Notes under the pieces: model-generated | Seen by the model: the letters and a program-made list of their open reading frames with translations, nothing else | Databases searched by the model: none | What the model was told of the DNA's origin: nothing | IMG/VR virus record: IMGVR_UViG_3300045988_080466 | Reading direction: 5' to 3' (one strand) | Origin: a virus | DNA: 64,000 bases | Shown here: piece by piece, positions 1 to 8,034 of the stretch | Position numbering within the stretch: position 1 is the first letter of the stretch | Layout: every line of letters starts with the position of its first letter | Program-made: the position numbers and the translations under genes

Positions 1-172
1 AAGCCGCATACGGTTTTGCACCGCCTCTAATTGTTTTAGGCTCAATAATAGGGGTTGGAACTGAAAAGTAATTAGGGCTTAATCCGTTATCACTTCCAGC
101 ACTTGCGGCGATTGCCATTAATTCTTTGATTTCTGATGACTTTGCATTTGCAACTGTTAATTTTGCTTTCAT
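1..172 (-). CDS. hypothetical protein, N-terminal part only (gene runs off the left edge)
   Basis: Not in the ORF track because it is truncated. Minus-strand ATG at 172..170 opens MKAKLTVANAKSSEIKELMAIAASAGSDNGLSPNYFSVPTPIIEPK... with no stop down to position 1. Confidence 0.4.
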   Translation of the reverse strand, partial: MKAKLTVANAKSSEIKELMAIAASAGSDNGLSPNYFSVPTPIIEPKTIRGGAKPYAA

Positions 173-219
173 AATCTTTTTTTTGTTTAAAATTGTTACT
201 AAATAAAATTTCTATGTTT

Positions 220-238
220 AGGCGGATTTTCACCGCCT
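220..238 (-). terminator. GC-rich hairpin just 3' of CDS 246..476 (weak or bidirectional terminator candidate)
   Basis: aggcgg (220-225) pairs with ccgcct (233-238), 7-nt loop. Only a weak U-tract on the minus strand. Confidence 0.3.
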
Positions 239-245
239 TATGTTT

Positions 246-476
246 TTACATTCCGTAGTTAAGTTCATTACACATTATTACAGTGTTAAAAGCGAATTCA
301 AAGTAATGTGTATCCTGTACACGTGTTTCTTTCTTTGCTCTGTTATTGCTTTTAATGTATGCGACTTTCTTAACTTTTTTTGTTGTTGTTAAATTAATCT
401 TTTCCATGATTGTAAATCTTTTTAAATTAGTAATTTTCCGTTTGGAAAGAATGAATTTATTTTCATTTTTCTCCAA
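246..476 (-). CDS. hypothetical small basic protein (76 aa)
   Basis: ORF track. Lys-rich. Purine-rich ggag 5-8 nt upstream of the ATG. Hairpin directly downstream. Confidence 0.5.
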   Translation of the reverse strand: MEKNENKFILSKRKITNLKRFTIMEKINLTTTKKVKKVAYIKSNNRAKKETRVQDTHYFEFAFNTVIMCNELNYGM

Positions 477-477
477 C

Positions 478-669
478 TACCCTCGGGGGGCGTTAGAGGG
501 TACTCTACTCTCTCGCTCATAATTACTATACTTAACCACACAAAAATCATTTCCCAAATTTCTCTATATAAATCACTATATATTATTTGAATCCCGATTG
601 GGATAGGGGGGGGCTTTATTTAAGTACCTATATATAATGTACGCGCGTGCCTGTACCTAATTATATAAT
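478..669. promoter_or_regulatory. divergent intergenic control region with GC-rich hairpins, a G8 tract and a direct repeat
   Basis: Hairpin taccctc (478-484) / gagggta (496-502). Hairpin atccc (591-595) / gggat (600-604) followed by G8 (606-613). gtaccta..tatataat occurs twice (624-638, 653-669) flanking acgcgcgtgc (641-650). Confidence 0.4.
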
Positions 670-702
670 TAACATCTATTTAACTATTTTAAATACATCA
701 CA

Positions 703-734
703 TTTGGTAATGTGAAAAAATAGTATTAATTTTG
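703..734 (+). promoter_or_regulatory. Bacteroidota-type promoter (-33 TTTG / -7 TAnnTTTG) for the + strand early block
   Basis: TTTG at 703-706 and TAatTTTG at 727-734, 20-nt spacer. ATG of the first gene at 745. Confidence 0.5.
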
Positions 735-744
735 TAACATCAAA

Positions 745-1362
745 ATGAAAAATATGATTTATTTAATAAAGAATAGAAACTACTTAAAAATCGGATATTC
801 TAATAATATTGAAGAACGGTTAAAGAATTATAACATACATAATCCTAATTATGAATTATTAGCTATCCGAGACGGAACAAGAGAGTTTGAAACTTTCCTA
901 CATAATAGATTTAAAAACTTACAAGTAAAGGGAGAATGGTTTCTATACTCAGAAGATATAGTAAACGATTTCCTTAACTATACAGATTCAAACTTTAACT
1001 TCGCTGTGGCACATTCTCAATCACATATAAAGATATATGATTCTGGATTCAAGATGTTGAAGAAGTTAAAATCAAATACAGCATATAATATATTAATTTA
1101 CTTACATAGTATTTCAGAATATAATGAAGGAATAGTATATTTTAATAATGTTGAAAGAAAAAGATTAATGTCCTTATTAGGAATAAAAAGTAATGCAATT
1201 ACTAACGCTTTGCGTCTTTTAGAACAAAGTAAATTCTTATTAAGAACTCCAGAATATATATTACTAAATCCTCTTCCTGTTTGGAAAGGAGATGCAAAGA
1301 CAAGAGATAAGATATTAAAAGAAATAAAAACTACATTTTATATTAATAATGAATTACAGTGA
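745..1362 (+). CDS. T5orf172 / GIY-YIG-like domain protein with C-terminal HTH-like region
   Basis: N-terminus IYLIKNRNYLKIGYSNNIEERLKNYN...ELLAIRDG..EFETFLHNRFKNLQVKGEWF fits the T5orf172 pattern (KIGxS..R...Y, E..LH..F, GEWF). The C-terminal half RKRLMSLLGIKSNAITNALRLLEQSKFL looks like a winged helix. Confidence 0.6.
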   Translation: MKNMIYLIKNRNYLKIGYSNNIEERLKNYNIHNPNYELLAIRDGTREFETFLHNRFKNLQVKGEWFLYSEDIVNDFLNYTDSNFNFAVAHSQSHIKIYDSGFKMLKKLKSNTAYNILIYLHSISEYNEGIVYFNNVERKRLMSLLGIKSNAITNALRLLEQSKFLLRTPEYILLNPLPVWKGDAKTRDKILKEIKTTFYINNELQ

Positions 1363-1894
1363 AAAGTTAGCACGGTGGATGCTGGAAGATACTCTTACTC
1401 GTTATCCGGCATTTGATATGCAAAATGAAATTAAAGAACTTCTTGACTTGGGAGTATTAATGATATTCGTTTCTCCTGATAAGAAAAAAGTAGAATTGAA
1501 ACATAGAAATCTAAATCTTAAATATGTTCTCGAAAATGGAACAATAAGTAAGATTGAAACTTTAGATGCAGGCAGCCTTACTAAAAATCTAATTAGTCTT
1601 TTAGAAGGAAATCTAAATCAATTTAAAGAAGAAGATGAAAATATTTATACAGCCATTTATAAAAAGTACATCTCTGATATTGCAGAGATTTATAAGGGAC
1701 TGGAAGATAAATCTAAGACTCCCAACGAGCTTAATAAAATGATGATTAAACTTATGCAAAGCATAACCTCTGATTTTATAAAAGCCAAGGATACTTATTT
1801 GGAAGAAGTTTTTAAAAATAGTGGGATTCCACTTAATCAAGAAACATTAGATAGAGTTAAGAGAGTAATATCTTACAAAGGAGAAACTGAATGA
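1349..1894 (+). CDS. hypothetical protein (tandem paralog 1)
   Basis: ORF track. Overlaps neighbours by a few nt (operon packing). N-terminus is similar to the next gene. Confidence 0.65.
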   Translation: MNYSEKLARWMLEDTLTRYPAFDMQNEIKELLDLGVLMIFVSPDKKKVELKHRNLNLKYVLENGTISKIETLDAGSLTKNLISLLEGNLNQFKEEDENIYTAIYKKYISDIAEIYKGLEDKSKTPNELNKMMIKLMQSITSDFIKAKDTYLEEVFKNSGIPLNQETLDRVKRVISYKGETE

Positions 1895-2451
1895 CAGCAA
1901 AAGAAACAGCACTGTGGCTATTGGATGATTTATGTATCATACATACAGGATTTGACAAATTAGCTCTTAGAGAGCTAATAAATAAGTTAGATGATAGATT
2001 TATAAAAATAGATATGGAGAATAAAGAAGCAACTATACAAATTCCTTCTTCTAATTCTTACTACTTATTAAATTCAAAGACACTTACTAAAGTAGACCAA
2101 TACTTTGGAACTGGAAGAACAAATCTTCTTGTGTCATCCCTAGAACGGTTTCTTCATACCTATGATGATAATACAAAAATAAGAGAAGCTATCTTTGATA
2201 AGTTTCAAGAGAGAATAGATGCGATATATACTGGAATTTCAGAGTTTAAAAATATCGAAAGTTTGGAGGATGAATTTGTAGAACTTAAACAAGATATATT
2301 AAATTTAGAATCAGAAATTAATCAAACAAATATAATTAAGATATTACAAAATGCAGGATTCCTCATCTGCAATGGAACCAAAGAATCAATAATGAAAGCA
2401 ATAGATAATTATTTAGCAAACAATGAAAAAACAATTAACGACTTAGACTAA
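1891..2451 (+). CDS. hypothetical protein (tandem paralog 2)
   Basis: ATGA start/stop overlap with the previous gene. Same length class and a similar N-terminal pattern (..A.W.L.D........FD......EL...L). Confidence 0.65.
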   Translation: MTAKETALWLLDDLCIIHTGFDKLALRELINKLDDRFIKIDMENKEATIQIPSSNSYYLLNSKTLTKVDQYFGTGRTNLLVSSLERFLHTYDDNTKIREAIFDKFQERIDAIYTGISEFKNIESLEDEFVELKQDILNLESEINQTNIIKILQNAGFLICNGTKESIMKAIDNYLANNEKTINDLD

Positions 2452-2452
2452 T

Positions 2453-3007
2453 ATGAATCCAATTATAATTATACAAGCAGACCTTATAGAAGAACAAGAA
2501 TTTACTTTTGACAATTTCGATGAATTAAAAGGTTATCTTAAAGGCAAAACAATTTATGTGAGAGAGGAATCTTTACAAGAAGTTAGAGACATACTAGGGC
2601 TATTGGGCTTTAGACATGAAAAACAAATGGTAGAATATCGCGAGGATACCAGTAGAGTAATTGAAGTAGACAATACTACTTATACGATAGACTTTAGTAA
2701 GAATTATGAAGACTACGATATTAATGGAGAGGAGCTTATTGAAGACTATTATAAACTCAAAGAAGAACTTATCTATTCTATCATTCCTTGGCCCATTACT
2801 ATCTCGGAAGCGAGAGAAATGAATAATCTTAAACTCTCTAAGATTCAAGCACTAGCGGAGACTATGGTACAAATAGTACATAATCTTGAGCTTACAGAAG
2901 ACGATATGGAAGTAGAATGGATGTTTGGAAGACATGGAATTAAGGATGCTGCTCAATTCCTCGAAGACTTAGATATCCAGCACGATAATCTTAAATATAT
3001 ATGGTAG
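2453..3007 (+). CDS. hypothetical acidic protein
   Basis: ORF track. Starts 2 nt after the previous stop. Confidence 0.65.
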   Translation: MNPIIIIQADLIEEQEFTFDNFDELKGYLKGKTIYVREESLQEVRDILGLLGFRHEKQMVEYREDTSRVIEVDNTTYTIDFSKNYEDYDINGEELIEDYYKLKEELIYSIIPWPITISEAREMNNLKLSKIQALAETMVQIVHNLELTEDDMEVEWMFGRHGIKDAAQFLEDLDIQHDNLKYIW

Positions 3008-3246
3008 AAGGAATACGTAAGTGTATTATTGAATTAAAAAATCTTGAGCAAGGAATTGAATATGCAGTGGCTGACATTAATAAAAGAAATGCAGCCCTTG
3101 CATCTCAAGAACAGAATATAATTCAATTAACATCTGAATTAGAGACTCTTAGAAAAGAGAATGAATCTTTAAAGAAAGAAAACGAAGAACTAAAGAATAA
3201 AATAAAGGAATTAGAGAAAGATGAATCAGGAAATCAACCTAGTTGA
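3001..3246 (+). CDS. hypothetical coiled-coil protein
   Basis: ORF track. Heptad-like LTSELETLRKENESLKKENEELKNKIKELEK. Confidence 0.6.
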   Translation: MVEGIRKCIIELKNLEQGIEYAVADINKRNAALASQEQNIIQLTSELETLRKENESLKKENEELKNKIKELEKDESGNQPS

Positions 3247-3334
3247 GGAAGCTTTATATATAGATGCATACATAGTAGAAGAATGGATTTATTACCTTCC
3301 AGAAATGGAAACAATATATTTGAATTATGATTGA
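3221..3334 (+). CDS. possible 37-aa ORF bridging two genes
   Basis: Hand-read: ATG 3221, MNQEINLVEEALYIDAYIVEEWIYYLPEMETIYLNYD, stop 3332-3334. Fills an 80-nt gap and overlaps the ATG at 3327. Below the ORF-track length cutoff. Confidence 0.25.
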   Translation: MNQEINLVEEALYIDAYIVEEWIYYLPEMETIYLNYD

Positions 3335-3707
3335 AAATTTAAGAAAAATTATCCTTAATAGAATTGCTGAAGTAATCAAGAGAGTGGATTATGAAGGAGT
3401 ATATGCTGATGGCAAAAGACCTGCATTAGAAGAATTAGAAGTATTAAATAAACTATTACAAAATATCTCTGAAACTGATTTAGTAAATGTTCCAGATGAG
3501 GACATCAAAGAAGGAGATGTATATAAAATATCTGATGGTAATAGTCTTATTGCTGGATGTATTAGACTTCCAGAAGTCCCAACACCTTGTAGTAAATGTT
3601 CTAACTATCTTGAATCTTTACGGACAGGAAAAATGTTAGTATGTAACTGCACATTGGGATTGCCATCTATAACTTGTACTTATGAGTATAAAAGTAACAT
3701 CGAATAA
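3327..3707 (+). CDS. hypothetical protein, Cys-rich C-terminus
   Basis: ORF track. C-terminal CSKCSNYLESLRTGKMLVCNC suggests a small zinc-binding element. Confidence 0.6.
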   Translation: MIENLRKIILNRIAEVIKRVDYEGVYADGKRPALEELEVLNKLLQNISETDLVNVPDEDIKEGDVYKISDGNSLIAGCIRLPEVPTPCSKCSNYLESLRTGKMLVCNCTLGLPSITCTYEYKSNIE

Positions 3708-3882
3708 AGAAATAAGAGACACAGTTCTCGCAGGACTTAAAAGGAACAAGGATAAATATGGTAAGAAGTATTGTCCTTGTTCTTTAATAAGAGATGAAGA
3801 TACAGTATGTATGTGTAAAGAGTTTAGAGAAATGGAAGAAGGAACTTGCCATTGCCAACTCTATATAAAGACCAAGGACTAA
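3682..3882 (+). CDS. ferredoxin-thioredoxin reductase catalytic-subunit-like CxC protein
   Basis: KYCPCSLIRDEDTVCMCKEFREMEEGTCHCQLY. Three CxC pairs (CPC-x9-CMC-x10-CHC) resemble the CPC..CPC..CHC signature of the FTR catalytic chain. Confidence 0.5.
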   Translation: MSIKVTSNKEIRDTVLAGLKRNKDKYGKKYCPCSLIRDEDTVCMCKEFREMEEGTCHCQLYIKTKD

Positions 3883-4322
3883 TGGCTATATTTAATGGAA
3901 AAATAAAAACTCGATATGGAGAATATACAATGTCTACAAAATATAAAGCTTTGATATTACTATCTAAAAATGTAAATGTGAGTAAATGGTTTACAGATAC
4001 ATATAGTAATAGAGGATTTATATTTATGGACTTGGACTCTGATTTTGGAGATATACATGATGCATTAAACATTAATTGGCCTGATAGATATATCAGCGTT
4101 ATTCTTGTTGGAGATGCTGAAAACGATTACAAAGATAATTCTGAATTTAGAAAATTGTATGATAAGTATTTTAGATATGTTAGTGGTATTTATCTAAATA
4201 AAGGATTGTTAGGCCCGTCTCAATGGGAACGTGTTGAAGGAATGATAGTGAACAGTCCATATGTGCAAGGAGAAGTATTTGGGTGGTTTAATTGTGCAAT
4301 AAGTAGAGACAATGAGTTATAG
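3846..4322 (+). CDS. hypothetical protein
   Basis: ORF track. Same-strand operon packing. The antisense ORF 3824..4072 was judged spurious. Confidence 0.6.
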   Translation: MPLPTLYKDQGLMAIFNGKIKTRYGEYTMSTKYKALILLSKNVNVSKWFTDTYSNRGFIFMDLDSDFGDIHDALNINWPDRYISVILVGDAENDYKDNSEFRKLYDKYFRYVSGIYLNKGLLGPSQWERVEGMIVNSPYVQGEVFGWFNCAISRDNEL

Positions 4323-4560
4323 TAGTGCAATATATCCAAGTAAGTATCTTGAAATACAATTTACTTCTAGAAGACCTAAGAAATATGAAGTAACTCTTAC
4401 TGGACTTAGAGGATATGGAATTGATTATGGCATAATAGAACTCTTTACTAACCAATCAGTAGTATGTTCAGAGAATGACTTAGGACAAACCGTATTGGAT
4501 TTATTAAAGAAGAGTCCAAGTTTATGGGAGGATTCAATTATAAGTATAAGACAAATATAA
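4312..4560 (+). CDS. hypothetical protein
   Basis: ORF track. Overlaps the previous gene by 11 nt. Confidence 0.6.
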   Translation: MSYSSAIYPSKYLEIQFTSRRPKKYEVTLTGLRGYGIDYGIIELFTNQSVVCSENDLGQTVLDLLKKSPSLWEDSIISIRQI

Positions 4561-4564
4561 AATA

Positions 4565-4822
4565 ATGCAGACATTTGAATTAACATATCCAGTAAGTAAT
4601 ATAAACGGAGTATTTATAGAAGAGGAAGATTTTGAAAAAGACCCAGCAAGAATAGCTTTAAATATAGGACATGTTTCAGTGGTATTTCTTCCAGAACAAT
4701 ATAAGAGTACTTACATGAATACAAATCTTTGGCATAAACTAATGCCTTGTATAACTATTAATGGAGTCTTACATGCAAAGATATTTTTTTATTCACCCTC
4801 ATTTAATCTTGATTGGGAATGA
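4565..4822 (+). CDS. hypothetical protein
   Basis: ORF track. Tight spacing. Confidence 0.6.
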   Translation: MQTFELTYPVSNINGVFIEEEDFEKDPARIALNIGHVSVVFLPEQYKSTYMNTNLWHKLMPCITINGVLHAKIFFYSPSFNLDWE

Positions 4823-5007
4823 ACGAAGCAATAAACACATGGAATGCAAAACATCCAAATCAGTTACTAGTATTAAATAGATATGAAAATATATTTACCC
4901 TATGTCTTTATAATAAGAAGGAAGATGGAACTCATGAAAAAGAATTTTCAGTATCAGGAGATAGCTTTAGAAAGGCATGGGATGCATTTATTGAGGTAAC
5001 AGAATAA
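4813..5007 (+). CDS. hypothetical protein
   Basis: ORF track. Overlapping start/stop with its neighbours. Confidence 0.55.
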   Translation: MGMNEAINTWNAKHPNQLLVLNRYENIFTLCLYNKKEDGTHEKEFSVSGDSFRKAWDAFIEVTE

Positions 5008-5267
5008 TGGAATATGATATACGCGAATTTGAAATTCTTCATGAATTAGAAGGAGAAACTAAAATATTTGAGGATAAATATCCTACATATTTTCTTGTTA
5101 TATTATGTGAGAAAGATATAATGTTTCTTGGTAGATATACAGGAAAACTATTTTCTGAATTTAATAAATCAGAACCTATAGGTTATATAGGAAGAAGAAA
5201 TTCAGCACGAGAGGTTAGAGAAAGTGCAGAAAAAATGATAATACAAATAAAGGCGGGCACCAAATAG
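5007..5267 (+). CDS. hypothetical protein (last gene of the left + block)
   Basis: ORF track. ATG overlaps the previous stop (taATGg). Followed by a terminator hairpin. Confidence 0.6.
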   Translation: MEYDIREFEILHELEGETKIFEDKYPTYFLVILCEKDIMFLGRYTGKLFSEFNKSEPIGYIGRRNSAREVRESAEKMIIQIKAGTK

Positions 5268-5283
5268 GTACTCGCCTTTTCTA
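5250..5283. terminator. bidirectional intrinsic terminator between convergent blocks
   Basis: aaggcgggcacc (5250-5261) pairs with ggtactcgcctt (5267-5278), with one wobble and one mismatch. T-run follows. Sits between the convergent genes 5007..5267 (+) and 5284..5535 (-). Confidence 0.55.
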
Positions 5284-5535
5284 TTATATAAGAACTAATA
5301 AAAGTCCTGTTACTATTCCAATTGCATCTGCAAGGATGTCATACCAATCCCATTTATTACCCGGAGCTTTACTATCTCCATACTCTTTACCTAATGATAA
5401 ACCTACTGCTAGACCTATACCTAGCCAAATATTAATACTTCCAGCAATTAACATTACTAAAAGATTAACTAAACAATGTTTTAATTTGTCACTTTGTTTT
5501 AGGAAGTTTACTATTTTCTTCAGAATTTCCTTCAT
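5284..5535 (-). CDS. small membrane protein (2 predicted TM segments)
   Basis: Hydrophobic stretches LVNLLVMLIAGSINIWLGIGLAVGLSL and ILADAIGIVTGLLLVLI. Confidence 0.6.
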   Translation of the reverse strand: MKEILKKIVNFLKQSDKLKHCLVNLLVMLIAGSINIWLGIGLAVGLSLGKEYGDSKAPGNKWDWYDILADAIGIVTGLLLVLI

Positions 5536-5758
5536 TGTTACTAAATTTTTTCCAAATACCTGTTACTGAATCTATTCCTAATAAAGCCATAACACATATT
5601 AAAAATGTATCTATCATTAATGGTGCTTGTATGCACATTATAGTACAATATATAAGTACTACAACTGCAACAAACCACCCTATTACTCCACACACTCTTT
5701 TAGACGAGATTCCAGAATGTGAAGTAAACATTTGTCTTACGAAAGTTATGAATCTCAT
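5489..5758 (-). CDS. small membrane protein (holin-like topology, unproven)
   Basis: VCGVIGWFVAVVVLIYCTIMCI and FLICVMALLGIDSVTGI hydrophobic segments with a charged C-terminus. Overlaps the next gene by 47 nt. Confidence 0.55.
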   Translation of the reverse strand: MRFITFVRQMFTSHSGISSKRVCGVIGWFVAVVVLIYCTIMCIQAPLMIDTFLICVMALLGIDSVTGIWKKFSNNEGNSEENSKLPKTK

Positions 5759-5776
5759 TTATTCATAATTTATTTA

Positions 5777-5784
5777 TATATTTG
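5777..5784 (+). promoter_or_regulatory. -7 box TAtaTTTG upstream of zinc-ribbon gene
   Basis: TAnnTTTG match 29 nt upstream of the ATG at 5813. No clear -33 TTTG. Confidence 0.35.
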
Positions 5785-5812
5785 CATATTATTAATTTTA
5801 AAATCTAAGATT

Positions 5813-6034
5813 ATGCACATTAAATGTCCTAAATGTAAAAACACTAATTTTTGCATCAGCCAAGACACCATAGACGGTGTAGAATACAACGTTATAAGTT
5901 GTGTTATTGATGATTATATTATAAGTGTATATCCTAACTCAGATTCTAAACTTAAAGAACTTCAAGAGAAGATTGAGGATTTAGAAAGTACTATTAGTGA
6001 TTTAGAGGACCGAATTGAGCGTCTAGAACGATAG
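5813..6034 (+). CDS. zinc-ribbon + coiled-coil small protein (copy 1)
   Basis: Trimmed from track ORF 5732..6034 to the Met at 5813 (MHIKCPKCKNTNFC...). C-terminal LKELQEKIEDLESTISDLEDRIERLER. Paralogous in design to 8640..8864. Both are preceded by taagattATG. Confidence 0.55.
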   Translation: MHIKCPKCKNTNFCISQDTIDGVEYNVISCVIDDYIISVYPNSDSKLKELQEKIEDLESTISDLEDRIERLER

Positions 6035-6287
6035 TCTCACTTATATAAGCTTTAGGAATTACCACACAATCCTTGCATAATGAATCAGGTATATTAATAC
6101 CATAAATACTTGAAGCAAGTACAATAGCTTTATCATCTTCTTCTATGAAGTAACCTACTGTACTTGTTTCTATATCTCTATCTAAGTATCTAACATCTTC
6201 TGATAAACTGCATCCCTCTCTATCTGTCATGTACTTGCTATTCCATTTAATAAGTACTAAGTCTTTACGTTTTAATTCATTTTCCAT
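5994..6287 (-). CDS. hypothetical protein (MENEL-start gene 1)
   Basis: ORF track. Starts ATGGAAAATGAATTAAAA. Its 3' end overlaps the convergent gene 5813..6034 by 41 nt. Confidence 0.6.
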   Translation of the reverse strand: MENELKRKDLVLIKWNSKYMTDREGCSLSEDVRYLDRDIETSTVGYFIEEDDKAIVLASSIYGINIPDSLCKDCVVIPKAYISETIVLDAQFGPLNH

Positions 6288-6288
6288 A

Positions 6289-6852
6289 CTAACTCCCTAC
6301 AAACAATTTAACATTACCAGTTTCTATATCAAGTATCATCCTTTCCAGCCATAAATCTTCTATACGGTGTCCCCATATTCCATACTTACCTGGATTCTCC
6401 TTCTCTTCTTCGTAAATCCTTCTATATGCAAGAACTATTTCATTTATCAAATCATTCAAAACGATACATTTAACAGTGAATGTGTATGGATTCTTTAACG
6501 GATAATTAATAGTTACGTTTACTGTATGATTCTTGAAATAGCTATCAACATAACCAAAGAGGAAAATTCCACAGTCAATGGAGTATTTATGAATCTTTAT
6601 GCTAACACCTTTAGGAAGTAATTCGCGCTCCCTCTCTATTGTGAATTTAGACGGAAGTCTGTTTATTACTTCTTGCTCATTAAAATCCCTATCACTATAT
6701 ACATCTATATCAGATTCCTTATGAGTTACGCAAACGTAGTACATTAGCTTACGTTCGTTACCAACATTAACATCTAGTTCATGGAGTCTAATTTCAAAAT
6801 CTGGATTTAATTTTCTAACTTCATTTAAATGGCTTTTATCAATCATAATCAT
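6289..6852 (-). CDS. hypothetical protein
   Basis: ORF track. Stop lies 1 nt before the next gene's ATG. Confidence 0.65.
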   Translation of the reverse strand: MIMIDKSHLNEVRKLNPDFEIRLHELDVNVGNERKLMYYVCVTHKESDIDVYSDRDFNEQEVINRLPSKFTIERERELLPKGVSIKIHKYSIDCGIFLFGYVDSYFKNHTVNVTINYPLKNPYTFTVKCIVLNDLINEIVLAYRRIYEEEKENPGKYGIWGHRIEDLWLERMILDIETGNVKLFVGS

Positions 6853-7729
6853 TTAAAGCTATTGTATCAAGTGTAAAAGTTACATACCACCAATATAAAT
6901 CATCTGCATTATCTATCCCAACTTCTAGTAGCTGTGACCAATTTACTCCTTTATATTTCCTTAAGTTTTTAAGCACATTTAGAACATCTTCCATAGAATT
7001 AATAATACATCCTTCAGCCCCATTTGTTCCATTGCTAATTGTCATATAAACTTGTAATTTAGATTTACCTCTAGGAACAACGGCAAATGTTTCATAATGG
7101 TCTTTTATGTTCAAAATAATATCTTCTATATGTTCTAGAACATTGGCTTGTAAGGGTTCGCCAGTCAGGTTACACATTCTTAAGCCTTTGGGGGTTCTTT
7201 CATAATATAAATGCTTTAGGGACCCAAGTGTATCATACCAAGTTCCAGAGTTAAACAGTTTAATTACTTGTTTACGTTCCTCCTCATTATAAGGACTCCA
7301 CCTATTCCCAAATCCTCTACTGGTTCTATCATTGTATGTTTCTGTTCCCGATTGTACTATATAGTCAATGATATCATCCAAATTAGATTCTATTATTTCA
7401 GTAGCATAGTCTAAGGGATACTTTCCGTCAACTACTTTAGTAGTATCAGTATCAAGAATGGGATATTCTTCATATGAGAACAACAGTCCTCTAGTTTTAG
7501 GAGTAGAGAATATATGAGCATTAGTGTCAAATAAGAATCTATCAGCATAATGCTCTATTCCCGTTAATGTATCAATACAGAATTGTTTTATCTTGTCTCT
7601 TTGTGCCTTTAATGATTCCTCTATTTTATTGCAATCAAATTGCAAGTTTATAGAGTTTTCATCAAAATAGAAAATAAACCACTTGTAAGAATCTAAATCG
7701 TTCAAAGTTTTAACCTTTTCATTTTCCAT
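6839..7729 (-). CDS. hypothetical protein (MENE-start gene 2)
   Basis: ORF track, 296 aa. Start context aaacaaatgaactATGGAAAATGAA. Confidence 0.7.
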   Translation of the reverse strand: MENEKVKTLNDLDSYKWFIFYFDENSINLQFDCNKIEESLKAQRDKIKQFCIDTLTGIEHYADRFLFDTNAHIFSTPKTRGLLFSYEEYPILDTDTTKVVDGKYPLDYATEIIESNLDDIIDYIVQSGTETYNDRTSRGFGNRWSPYNEEERKQVIKLFNSGTWYDTLGSLKHLYYERTPKGLRMCNLTGEPLQANVLEHIEDIILNIKDHYETFAVVPRGKSKLQVYMTISNGTNGAEGCIINSMEDVLNVLKNLRKYKGVNWSQLLEVGIDNADDLYWWYVTFTLDTIALNDYD

Positions 7730-7769
7730 AGTTCATTTGTTTAATTATTAATTTATAATTATCTTTTTA

Positions 7770-7777
7770 TATATTTG
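7770..7777 (+). promoter_or_regulatory. -7 box TAtaTTTG
   Basis: TAnnTTTG match. The nearest upstream TTTG (7736-7739) is 30 nt away, longer than the canonical spacing. Confidence 0.3.
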
Positions 7778-7863
7778 TAACGTATATCTCCACCTTCCTA
7801 TCAAGTAATAACTGAACAAGTATCTACTAGATTAATTAGTTATTAACTTCTAAATGGAAAGTA

Positions 7864-7983
7864 ATGGAATATACGTTACAAACAATTTTGAAGAAGCCTG
7901 TTCTTGTACACGCATACAAACGTACAAGATTTGGCAAAGTCGAGTTCGTGAGAGAACATCGAAGAAGATTACCTCATAGGTAA
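7864..7983 (+). CDS. possible 39-aa highly basic peptide
   Basis: Hand-read: MEYTLQTILKKPVLVHAYKRTRFGKVEFVREHRRRLPHR. Lies between a -7 box and a strong terminator. An alternative overlapping frame, 7854..7979 (MESNGIYVTNNFEEACSC...), is also open. Confidence 0.35.
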   Translation: MEYTLQTILKKPVLVHAYKRTRFGKVEFVREHRRRLPHR

Positions 7984-8034
7984 ATTTAGTTGGTTTTAGT
8001 TACAAGATTATTTCAATCAAGTAGATGTAACAGT

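Noticed and set aside
5732-5812. N-terminal extension of the zinc-ribbon ORF (MSYESYESHLFIIYLYICILL...)
   Set aside because: The extension overlaps the start of the divergent gene 5489..5758 and the -7 box at 5777-5784. The paralog 8640..8864 begins directly at the M-x-KCP motif, so the start at 5813 is preferred.
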